Origin: an uncultured Chloroflexia bacterium
GTDB taxonomy: Bacteria > Chloroflexota > Chloroflexia > Thermomicrobiales > UBA6265
Assembly (NCBI GenBank): GCA_963724295.1
Contig: CAVRUC010000008.1
Location: 32,001 to 96,000 of the forward strand
Direction: 5' to 3'
Length of the DNA stretch: 64,000 bases
The position numbers were made by a program, and so were the translations under genes. Positions 29,863 through 38,052 of this stretch are shown here, one piece after another. A model generated the notes under the pieces. That model was given only the letters and a program-made list of their open reading frames with translations, was not told where the DNA came from and ran no database searches. Each line of letters opens with the position of its first letter. The first letter of the stretch is position 1.

Positions 29863-30796
29863 CTACTCGACCGGTTGGAACCCGAAGCGCTCGAGCAGCG
29901 CCTGACCTTCGTCGCTGAGAAGGAAGGCGATGAATGCGGAGCCAAGCGTCGGGTCACCTTGAGCGAGAACAGCAACTGGATAGGTAGCGATAACGTTCAC
30001 CTCGTCCGGGATGTCGACCACCTGGACCTGATCGCCGGCCGCCACGGCGTCAGAGACATAGACGATGCCGGCATCCGCCTCTCCCAGCGCCACCTTCGCC
30101 AGCACGTCACGTACGTCCTCTTCCTCAGAGACGACATTTGCCGCTACTCGCTCGACGAAGCCGGCGCCGTAGGTAGCAGTGTCGGCCGCCATGTGGCAGA
30201 CCGATTCTCGCGCATACCGCCCCGCGGGAACCTCTGCTTGGGCCAGGACGAGCAGGATTCCCTCCTTGCCGAGATCGGCCGGGACCCCAATGTCAGCGGG
30301 GTTATCGGCCGGGGTCACGATAGCCAGACGGTTATGAACGAATGGCGCCGGTGCATCGACCACGAGATCCGCCTCGATGGCCGCTTCCATCTGGGCCACG
30401 TTGGCGGAGGCGAAAACATCGGCCTGGGCGCCTTCCTGGAGTTGCGTGACCAGTGCTTGCGATCCGCCGAAGTTGTACGTGATCGAGAGATTGGGGATCG
30501 CTGCTTCCAGCTCTTGCTCGATCGCTTCGAACGCGTCACTCAATGAGGCGGCAGCGAAGACGGTCAGATCCCCGCCTTCAGGGGGAAACGCAACTGCGTC
30601 TTGCTCCACGGCGACGGGGGTACCCACCGGCGTTGCATCGACCGCGGCAAGGCGGCTGACATTCCCAGCCAGCTCCCTGGGCGCTGCCGATAAGCGGACC
30701 CAGCGGCTGGACGCCGGCAGAAACGACGAAGACCAACAGTCCGACGATCAGCCGGCGCCAGGGCGATGCATCCGCCGAAGTCACGTGCCGTGCATG
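29863..30796 (-). CDS. modA: Molybdate ABC transporter substrate-binding protein, with an apparent frameshift near 30650 separating the signal peptide from the mature domain
   Basis: VFAAASL, FGGS..L, GAQADVFASAN, VPAGRYA, GEADAGIVY.SD in 29863-30627; hydrophobic leader WRRLIVGLLVFVV..GSAQ lies in another frame. Confidence 0.85.
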
Positions 30797-30870
30797 CATC
30801 ACCGACTCTCCCAGCCTACGAGTCAACAACCGCGGTCCTGCTCGCCGAAGACCCTACGACGCGCAGGAAA

Positions 30871-31713
30871 TCACACCGCGCCATCCTTGCGGACGATCGT
30901 GCCGACACGCTCGCCGCGCAGAGCGCCGGCCAGAAGCTCAGGCTGGCGTCCATTGATGATCTGGACGCGGTTGACGAGCCGCGCATGCTCGAGCAAGTCG
31001 ATCAAGGCGCGATCGAAGGGCAGGGTTGGCAGCTTCCGCTGCCGCAACTCGCTGACCGTGATCTCGTCGATGAAGTGGGCGTTCGGGTGCTCCTTCGGAT
31101 CCCGATCGTAAAGACCGTCGACGTCCTTGATCAACGTGATCGTGGCGCAGCCGAAGCACTCCGCCAGGAGATAGGCGCCGGCATCGGAGCGGTGCGGCGG
31201 GATCCGGCCTACGCGCGGGGGATGCTCCCACAAGGTGTAGGGCGGATCGCCGTTGAAGATGACACCGGGTGCGGCCTGCATGATGAACGGCAGGAGGTGA
31301 CCGAAGACCTCTGGCGGCGGCGCCACCACGCCATACGGCGCCAGGAGGGTACCGAGCATGTGGGCGTTCCCCAGCGCGTCGGCGAGCACCAGTTGGGCCA
31401 GCACGCCGGTGGGAAGTCCGAGATCGATCCCGATCGAATAGGTGTGCCGGCTGCGGACACCACCGCCGACGCCGATGATCAGCTTGTTCTCAGCCAGCGC
31501 GGTCCCGATTGCCTCGACCAGTGGGTACACGCTCTCCTTGCCGCCATCGATGATCGAGCGACCGCCGACCTTGATGACGTGGCAGTCCGCCAGCATGCGC
31601 ACCACTGGCGTCTCGGTCGAGGACATCACCTGTTTGTCGAGCAGGCTCTCCCGCATGAGCAGGGACCGAACGTGATGACGGCGATCGGTCGTTGGTTGCT
31701 GTGAGCTCTCCAT
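30871..31713 (-). CDS. mosA: Molybdenum storage protein alpha-like subunit (amino-acid-kinase/UMP-kinase fold)
   Basis: HVRSLLMRESLLD, KVGG, GGGVRSRH.YSIGIDLGLP, RIPPHRSDAGAYLLAE.FG, DVDGLY..DP, ALRGERVGTI, matching A. vinelandii MoSto alpha as recalled. Confidence 0.8.
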   Translation of the reverse strand: MESSQQPTTDRRHHVRSLLMRESLLDKQVMSSTETPVVRMLADCHVIKVGGRSIIDGGKESVYPLVEAIGTALAENKLIIGVGGGVRSRHTYSIGIDLGLPTGVLAQLVLADALGNAHMLGTLLAPYGVVAPPPEVFGHLLPFIMQAAPGVIFNGDPPYTLWEHPPRVGRIPPHRSDAGAYLLAECFGCATITLIKDVDGLYDRDPKEHPNAHFIDEITVSELRQRKLPTLPFDRALIDLLEHARLVNRVQIINGRQPELLAGALRGERVGTIVRKDGAV

Positions 31714-31739
31714 TTACATTTTGCTCCCCGTCACGACGT

Positions 31740-32561
31740 TCACGCGGTGATGATCGTCCCCACCGGCTCTCCATTGAGCGCTCGCGTGAGGTTACCCGGT
31801 ACCAGCCCGTTGATGACCTGAATCGAGCGCCGGTGCTGCGCGTTTTTCATCATCTCGAGGACGCTGCGCTCCACGACGACGTCGTCCAGGTCCAGTGCCT
31901 CCAGCTCCTCAACCGAAATAGATGGGATGAACTTCGCCCCGGGATCTTTCTTGGGATCCGCGGTGTAGAGCCCGTCTTCATCCTTGACGTAGATCATCGA
32001 GCGAGCGCCGAAGACCTCGCTGACGAGATAGGCCCCGGTGTCGGTTCGGTTCGGCGGGATGCGGCCAACGGCGGGGTTCTGCTGCCAGTAGAGGTAGGGC
32101 GGCATGCCGAAGGAGACCACCGCCCGCCGCTCTTCCAGGTAGAGCGGGAGCTGGGGAAATTGGACGGGCTCGATAAAGGGGATGCCGTGTTTGGCGAGCA
32201 GGTAATGCAGCATGCGGGCGTTCTGCATGCTGACGTACGTCCCCAGGATGCTCAGCACCCCAGTTGGCATGCCGAGATCGAGACCGACGCTGTAGGCATG
32301 ACGGGCACGCGTTCCGGCGCCGGTGCTGATGATGATCTTGTGGTGGACCAGGTTGGATATCAACTCGTCGATGAGGGGGAACACTGCGGCACGGCCGCGG
32401 TCGATGAAGCTCTGCCCGCCAATTTTGACCACATTGGCATCAGGCAAGATAGGCAGGACCGGCTGCGCCTCTGTCTGCACCAGCAGCGCATCGTCGGTCA
32501 GGGATCCCCGAACGAGCGCCGCGCCAAGCTGGGTCAAGATCTGGTCTTGCACCGACAGCAT
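31740..32561 (-). CDS. mosB: Molybdenum storage protein beta-like subunit (start uncertain)
   Basis: SLTD, ILPDANVVKIGGQS.IDRGRAAVFPL, TGAGTRARH, GMPPY, IPPNRTDTG, VKDEDGLYTADP, NGLVPGNLTRAL.GEPVGTIITA, close to MoSto beta as recalled. Confidence 0.85.
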   Translation of the reverse strand: MLSVQDQILTQLGAALVRGSLTDDALLVQTEAQPVLPILPDANVVKIGGQSFIDRGRAAVFPLIDELISNLVHHKIIISTGAGTRARHAYSVGLDLGMPTGVLSILGTYVSMQNARMLHYLLAKHGIPFIEPVQFPQLPLYLEERRAVVSFGMPPYLYWQQNPAVGRIPPNRTDTGAYLVSEVFGARSMIYVKDEDGLYTADPKKDPGAKFIPSISVEELEALDLDDVVVERSVLEMMKNAQHRRSIQVINGLVPGNLTRALNGEPVGTIITA

Positions 32562-33184
32562 CTCCATCACACCCATGCCGGGCGCAAGCGCCTCACCCAT
32601 GGACTTACTGGCCAGCCGAGCGAGGACCGCGCGGCATTCCGACAGCGACAAGTTGAGAATCTAGCAGGTAGATCGTGCGCGAGGCAAAAGCACGGTGGTG
32701 GCGGCCGGAGCTCACGACCGGCATTGGCGACGATCAGCAGCCAGGATCATGGCTCACAGATGCGCCCCGTGACGGCAGAAGTATGTGCGATGGCGTGAAA
32801 ATCGCGGACACCGATTCGTCGTTCGCGTCCATTCAAGAACGCCTGAGATATTCACGCCTTTCTTTGCAACGGTGCCAGAATTGGTCGATGTGACGCGGCC
32901 AATCGGGTGTAGAATGTGCTCGTGCAGCTGGCCCGCTTGTCGGGATCCTCCGACACGAACGTGACCGCGCCGGCTGCCGGGGACGCAGCGGTTCTCCAGC
33001 GGAACACTCGCCGCAGGGCGGCGGCGGCGAATCCCGCGGATGCACTCCGCGTTCCTTGGAGTTTTGGTGGCGCACTCATCGGCGATACCAGCACGAGGCT
33101 TGGAACGACTCGTGCTTGAGTTAGCAAGGACGTGTTGGGCGTACCTGCCGCCATGATCGTGGATAGGGCAAATGGAGGATCGAG

Positions 33185-33706
33185 ATGCAGGATAGTCCGA
33201 GCCAGCAGGTTGGGCAGTCTGCTCCCCCAACCAGAGCTTCCCGCCGCGCCATTGTCTCGTGGACGCTGAAACTTGCCGGTGGGGCGGCGTTCGCGGCCGC
33301 CGTTCCGGGCTCCGAATGGGTACGAACTGCCGCGGCTCAAGATGACGAAATTATCCTCACCGCCGCTGCATCCGAAGTGGGCGCCAGACCGGGCGACGCT
33401 TATGCCACTGGTGCGGCCGCCAGTGCCGTTGCCAGTTCTGTAGGCGGCGCGTCCACACAAGGTGCTACAGGCGGTCCCGGGTCTGGCGCCGGCCCCGGTG
33501 ACTCTTCCGGTGCCGGGCCTGGGGACCAATCCGGGACCGGTGGAGGCGGATCTGGAGGCGGCACTGGCGCAGGGCCTGGCGACTCTTCCGGCGCTGGTCC
33601 CGGCGGCGGTGGAGGTGGTACCGGTGGCGGTGATCAATCCGGCGCCGGTCCTGGTGACTCTGACGGCTCCGGTGGTGGAGGCGGCACCGGCGGCGGTGGA
33701 TACTAG
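33185..33706 (+). CDS. Tat-exported glycine-rich repeat protein
   Basis: GGAGG RBS; SRRAIV..AAA-Q leader; five GAGPG(D) units with synonymous codon variation; terminator follows. Confidence 0.75.
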   Translation: MQDSPSQQVGQSAPPTRASRRAIVSWTLKLAGGAAFAAAVPGSEWVRTAAAQDDEIILTAAASEVGARPGDAYATGAAASAVASSVGGASTQGATGGPGSGAGPGDSSGAGPGDQSGTGGGGSGGGTGAGPGDSSGAGPGGGGGGTGGGDQSGAGPGDSDGSGGGGGTGGGGY

Positions 33707-33739
33707 GAGTCAGTTTGGCGGCAATTAGCCCGCACGTTA

Positions 33740-33774
33740 GCCCCGCTCCCCTGACCAAGGGAGCGGGGCATTTT
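33740..33774 (+). terminator. Rho-independent terminator
   Basis: GCCCCGCTCCC-loop-GGGAGCGGGGC followed by ATTTT. Confidence 0.75.
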
Positions 33775-33813
33775 GGCGCCGGCGCCATACAAGTGACGAC
33801 GGTAAGAGCCGTA

Positions 33814-34134
33814 TCAATCGCGAATATCGAAGGCGTTGACCACGGCTCGCTGCAAACCCGGGTGGCGCTCCAGTAACCCGTCGATGCTCATGCGCAGAAA
33901 CGACGCCAGCTGGATGAACTCCAGCGGCGAAAGCGACAGCGTGACGAAGTCGACCTCGAGCTCGACCAGGTCATCTTCACCGAGCGTGTCTTTCGGTTTG
34001 GAGGAGACGCGACATCCGGTTTGCAAGCCGGTCTCCGGCCAGACGATGTCGATCACCTCGTCCATTTCAGCCCGGGGTCGGAGCGGCGTGCGGCCGCCCT
34101 CTTCCGGCTCGGCGACGATCGGCTCATTGGTCAT
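33814..34134 (-). CDS. Hypothetical protein (106 aa)
   Basis: GGGAG RBS, GC3-rich codons; no family recognised. Confidence 0.65.
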   Translation of the reverse strand: MTNEPIVAEPEEGGRTPLRPRAEMDEVIDIVWPETGLQTGCRVSSKPKDTLGEDDLVELEVDFVTLSLSPLEFIQLASFLRMSIDGLLERHPGLQRAVVNAFDIRD

Positions 34135-34247
34135 GCGACTCTCCCACCGTTGGTGAATGCAGATGCCGATCCTACCCTCTCCCGCAAACTGTCGCCCGAC
34201 GCTGCATTTCTATTCATCAACATGGAATGTTGACCGGTCGTCACATC

Positions 34248-34275
34248 TTGCGAACATGCGTTCGATTCGTATACT
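34248..34275 (+). promoter_or_regulatory. Sigma70-type promoter containing a LexA (SOS) box
   Basis: TTGCGA-16 nt-TATACT overlapping CGAAC-ATGC-GTTCG (34251-34264). Confidence 0.8.
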
Positions 34276-34339
34276 AGGGCGGAGTTCGGCATTCCCCGCA
34301 TTGACCTCGACATCAGCAACGTGCACCCGGGAGTGGGCG

Positions 34340-35155
34340 ATGACCAGCAAACGCAACGAATCAATACCCGGTGTCGATGCCAAACAGGAGCTCGAAGATG
34401 AGCTCGCCTCCGCGGACACGACCCAGGACACCGACAGGGAAGTCCCCCCACCCGGGCGGTCACTTGCGGATGATGGTTCGGCGCGACAGGGAACCGGCTT
34501 CGATCCGACCCCGTACCTGCGGCAGCTGCACGGGCGTGGCCGTGCCGGCGGCGGCGACTACCTCGACGTCAAGTGGCGCCTGTTGTGGCTGCGCAAGGAG
34601 CACCCCGACGCCGAGATCGTGACCGAGCTGGTCCAGCACGATCCGCAGATGGCGATTTTCAAAGCCACGGTGACTGTGCCCAGCGGCGGCAAAGCGACTG
34701 GCTACGGCAGCGAGACCGCAAGTGATTTTCCCGACTTCATCGAGAAGGCCGAGACCAAGGCCATCGGCCGCGCATTGAACGCGCTGGGATATGGCGCCCA
34801 ATTCGGAGAAGCCCAGCGTCCGGAAGACCCTGTGCCGGACCGCGCTCCGGCGCGGCATGATCGCCAGGCGGCTCCCGCCGCACGACCCGTGGCATTGCCG
34901 CGCCGGGATGAGCGACCCGCGAATCTTGCCCAGGCCCGGAGTGAGTCCCCCGGCGAGACATCCACGGCCGCCCCATCGCCGGCGGTCGCCGATCAAGAAT
35001 TGGTCGATTACTCCTGGAGCGCGTTCTGGCCATGGGCGCGGGAACGCGGGCTCAATGGCCCCCGGGAGATCGAAAACCTGATCGGCCAGCAGGTCGCCGG
35101 GCTCTCACCCGCCGAGCTGCGCGATTTCATTCTGGCGGCTGATTCCCGCCGCTAA
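34340..35155 (+). CDS. Rad52/Rad22-like single-strand annealing domain protein
   Basis: YLDVKWRLLWL..FKATV..ATGYGSE..IEKAETKAIGRALNALGYG; Pro/Ala linker and small C-terminal domain. Confidence 0.65.
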   Translation: MTSKRNESIPGVDAKQELEDELASADTTQDTDREVPPPGRSLADDGSARQGTGFDPTPYLRQLHGRGRAGGGDYLDVKWRLLWLRKEHPDAEIVTELVQHDPQMAIFKATVTVPSGGKATGYGSETASDFPDFIEKAETKAIGRALNALGYGAQFGEAQRPEDPVPDRAPARHDRQAAPAARPVALPRRDERPANLAQARSESPGETSTAAPSPAVADQELVDYSWSAFWPWARERGLNGPREIENLIGQQVAGLSPAELRDFILAADSRR

Positions 35156-35285
35156 CGCGGGCATGATCCGAAGCGATAACCGGCTGTCGGGTACCATGGA
35201 TGCGCCGTGCCGGCGCGCCGGCCGTGCCCGGTCTGTAGTGCGATCAACGAGGGCTTGCCCGCTCTTCGGGTTCCCGACGGTATCG

Positions 35286-35969
35286 ATGTCGATCCCGATT
35301 CTTGCCGTTACCGACGAAGCTGACCCGCGTATCCACAGCGCAACGCTGCGGGAGCGGCTGGGGCATGTCGCGCTGGTCGTGAGCTGCGGCGACTTGCCGG
35401 CCAGCTACCTCGAGTTCATCGCCGATGCGCTGAACCGGCCGGTCTATTACGTGCTCGGGAACCATGCCGAGGAACTGACTCGCCGTTGCTCGGGCAATGA
35501 AAGTTGCAAACCGAGCGGCGCCATCGACCTCGGCGGGAAGGTGATCCAGGATCCGGCGACAGGGCTCATTCTGGCCGGGATTCCCGGCAGTCCGCGCTAT
35601 TGCGAGGACGAACCGGCGCAGTACTCCGAGTGGGAGATCGGGCTCATGACGACGAAGATGGCGCCTCGCCTCCATCTGAATCGGCTACGGCACGGGCGTG
35701 CCCTCGATCTGCTCGTCAGCCACGCCCCGCCGCGCGATGTCAACGACCGGCCGGACCCGGCCCATCGCGGGTTCGAAGCCCTCCGCGGGTTTCTGGAGAA
35801 ATGGCGCCCTGCCTATCACGTTCACGGGCACGTGCACCTCTATGACCGCACGCAGCCATTCCAGCAGCGATTCGCGGATACCGACGTCATCAATGTCTTC
35901 CCCTACCGCGTTCTGGAGGTGGAACCGAGGCAGGCGTCAACGCACCAAGCGGCCGCCGCCTCGCCATGA
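35286..35969 (+). CDS. Calcineurin-like metallophosphoesterase
   Basis: AVTD, SCGDL, VLGNH, SHAPP, HGHVH. Confidence 0.88.
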   Translation: MSIPILAVTDEADPRIHSATLRERLGHVALVVSCGDLPASYLEFIADALNRPVYYVLGNHAEELTRRCSGNESCKPSGAIDLGGKVIQDPATGLILAGIPGSPRYCEDEPAQYSEWEIGLMTTKMAPRLHLNRLRHGRALDLLVSHAPPRDVNDRPDPAHRGFEALRGFLEKWRPAYHVHGHVHLYDRTQPFQQRFADTDVINVFPYRVLEVEPRQASTHQAAAASP

Positions 35970-36886
35970 GTCGACCATTCGAGAGCGAAGTCCGACACGA
36001 CTTCGAGCGGGCCCGGCAACACGGCTTCCTGGCTGACTTGCGTGCCATCTTCGCCCGGCGTTCCCGGGATCTGATCCCCTACCATGAGGTGCGGCAGCGG
36101 GTGTCGCCCGAGGGCGAGAGCTACCGCGGCGTGCAGACGGTACCACTCTCCCAGATCATCGGCAGCATGGACCGCTTTCAGGATTTCACCCGCGAGTTTT
36201 TCCCGCGTCAGCGCTTCACCGCCGGCCGCTGGCAGAACGTCGACCGCGCCTACTATCAGGACATCTACCTCCCGCCAATCCAGCTCTACAAGGTCGGTGA
36301 CGTCTACTTCGTCAAGGACGGCAATCACCGGGTCAGCGTCGCCCGCGAACGCGGACAAGAGTTCATCGAGGCCGAGGTGATCGAAGGTCACATTCGGGCC
36401 CCGTTCGATGCCAGCATGTCCGCCAATGAGCTTCTGTTGCAGGCGGAGTACGCCGAGTTTCTGCGCCGCACTAACCTCGATCGCCTCCATCCCGACCATG
36501 ACATCCGGCCCTCGGCGCTTGGCCGCTACGACGAAATCTGGACTCACATCCAGGGGCATCGCGACTGGCTGGCCGCCATCCGCCATCAACCTGTCTCCGA
36601 TCAGGAGGCGGTCGCGGACTGGTATGAGTACATCTACTGCCCGATTGTCGAAGTCGCCCGCAAGCGCGGGCTAACTGACCGATTCCCCGAACACACGGAG
36701 GCCGACGTCTACCTCTGGGTGATGCGCCACCGCCACGCCATCGAGCAGGAACACGGTCAGGACATTGGGCCAGGGCCTGCCGCGAAGGACTACGCCGAGA
36801 CCGCCCGCCCCCAGACCACGGTCCACCGGGTAACCAGCGCCCTGCGCGGTCTGCTCGCCCTACCCGAGCGCATCATTCGAGGGTGA
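35966..36886 (+). CDS. ParB/sulfiredoxin-like N-terminal domain protein with a DUF4032-like C-terminus
   Basis: IIGSMDR..DF, LPPIQLYKVG..YFVKDGNHRVSVAR, WYEYIY.P, TEADVYLWV; ATGA overlap with the upstream gene. Confidence 0.7.
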   Translation: MSRPFESEVRHDFERARQHGFLADLRAIFARRSRDLIPYHEVRQRVSPEGESYRGVQTVPLSQIIGSMDRFQDFTREFFPRQRFTAGRWQNVDRAYYQDIYLPPIQLYKVGDVYFVKDGNHRVSVARERGQEFIEAEVIEGHIRAPFDASMSANELLLQAEYAEFLRRTNLDRLHPDHDIRPSALGRYDEIWTHIQGHRDWLAAIRHQPVSDQEAVADWYEYIYCPIVEVARKRGLTDRFPEHTEADVYLWVMRHRHAIEQEHGQDIGPGPAAKDYAETARPQTTVHRVTSALRGLLALPERIIRG

Positions 36887-37005
36887 TGGGTGATGGGTGA
36901 AGGGTGACGGGGTCGCAGGGTGGCGGTGCAGGGAGGACCACCCCCGCCACCCTGCCACCACGAGCGTAGCGAGTAATCACCCATCACCCTGCGACCCTCG
37001 TTTTT
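36878..37005. repeat. GGGTGAN heptamer tandem repeat with an inverted copy and nested hairpins
   Basis: GGGTGAT GGGTGAT GGGTGAA GGGTGAC ... ATCACCC ATCACCC TGCGACCCTCG TTTTT. Confidence 0.7.
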
Positions 37006-37099
37006 GGGGGTTCCCCTCCGCGCGCCCTCGTGGCAGGATGTGAGGGTGCCGGCAAAGGCGCCGCACGCCAGCTCGACGGGCTCTGGGGAGGGTTCCGGC

Positions 37100-37528
37100 A
37101 TGAGAGATCTGGTCGACGGATTCAAGGCGTTCATCCTCCGCGGCAATGTCATCGACCTTGCCGTTGCGGTGGTCATCGGCGCCGCGTTCACGCAGATCGT
37201 CAACTCGATGGTCGAGAACATTATTATGCCGATCATTGGTGCGATCGGCGGTCAACCGGATTTCTCGAATTTGACCTTCACCATCAATAGCAGTGTTTTC
37301 CGGTATGGCGCGTTTATCAATGCCTTGATTTCGTTCCTGATTATCGCTCTCGTCATCTATTTTCTGATCGTCAGGCCAATGAACATGCTCGTGGCCCGGG
37401 CCGCTCCAGGAGCGGAGGAGGCCGAACTCGCAATCTGTCCGGAGTGCCTGGGAGCGCTCTCGCCGGAGGCCAACCGGTGCCCGAACTGCACCACCTGGCT
37501 GCGAGGACCGAACGTCGCCGTCTCCTGA
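37100..37528 (+). CDS. mscL: Large-conductance mechanosensitive channel with C-terminal zinc ribbon
   Basis: FKAFILRGNVIDLAVAVVIGAAF, YGAFINALISFLII, CPEC..RCPNC. Confidence 0.93.
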   Translation: MRDLVDGFKAFILRGNVIDLAVAVVIGAAFTQIVNSMVENIIMPIIGAIGGQPDFSNLTFTINSSVFRYGAFINALISFLIIALVIYFLIVRPMNMLVARAAPGAEEAELAICPECLGALSPEANRCPNCTTWLRGPNVAVS

Positions 37529-37561
37529 CCGAACGTCGCGCTTCATGAGGATGGGAAGCCC

Positions 37562-37912
37562 ATGCCACCCGCCATCGAACTCGCACGCCGCTATGCCGAG
37601 GCACTCGCAGCACTCCGCGCAGTGCATGACTTTGACGACTGGATCGGCCAATTCTGGCAGGAGCGCTGCCCCGCGCCGGCGAGTGCCGCCGCGTCGCGCG
37701 ACGCGGCCGGCGCTGAGGACACGATCGTCTGGCATGAAGGGGAGGAAACCGTTTTCGGGTACCTACCGGGACGCGATGGCTGTTTCTGCGTCCCTCGTGA
37801 CGTCGCCCTGCCAGATTTCCCGGTCACCGCGGAGAACCCCGCACGGCCCTTTGGCCAAGACGTCGTGATCAGTGCCGCCATGCGAGACGAGCTGCAGCCG
37901 CCAGGAAGCTAA
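37562..37912 (+). CDS. Hypothetical protein (116 aa)
   Basis: Operonic spacing behind mscL, GAGG/GGGA upstream; no family recognised. Confidence 0.5.
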   Translation: MPPAIELARRYAEALAALRAVHDFDDWIGQFWQERCPAPASAAASRDAAGAEDTIVWHEGEETVFGYLPGRDGCFCVPRDVALPDFPVTAENPARPFGQDVVISAAMRDELQPPGS

Positions 37913-38003
37913 CGGTTCGCCGTCCAACAGACCGGCAAGCCGCGCTGCACCGGCCGCATGGGGTGCGACCGGGTCGGTCGTCGTTCTGGAAAGAACACCC
38001 GTG

Positions 38004-38030
38004 CTAGCACTCTCCTGTCGAGAGTGCTAA
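38004..38030. promoter_or_regulatory. CIRCE element (HrcA operator)
   Basis: CTAGCACTC-N9-GAGTGCTAA directly upstream of hrcA. Confidence 0.95.
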
Positions 38031-38052
38031 ACTTCCCTCCCAGGAGCAGGGT

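Noticed and set aside
30871..32651. Duplicated uridylate kinase (pyrH)
   Set aside because: Same fold, but the motifs and mod gene context match MoSto, and the rpsB-tsf-frr neighbourhood is absent
32560..32700. Moco/Tuco riboswitch upstream of mosB
   Set aside because: The leader behind the putative TTGCCT..TAGATT promoter is short and I could not match the consensus; an Infernal search would be needed
33462..33728. Alternative Val/Pro/Ala-rich ORF
   Set aside because: Repeat copies are synonymous only in the Gly-rich frame, and this frame has no RBS
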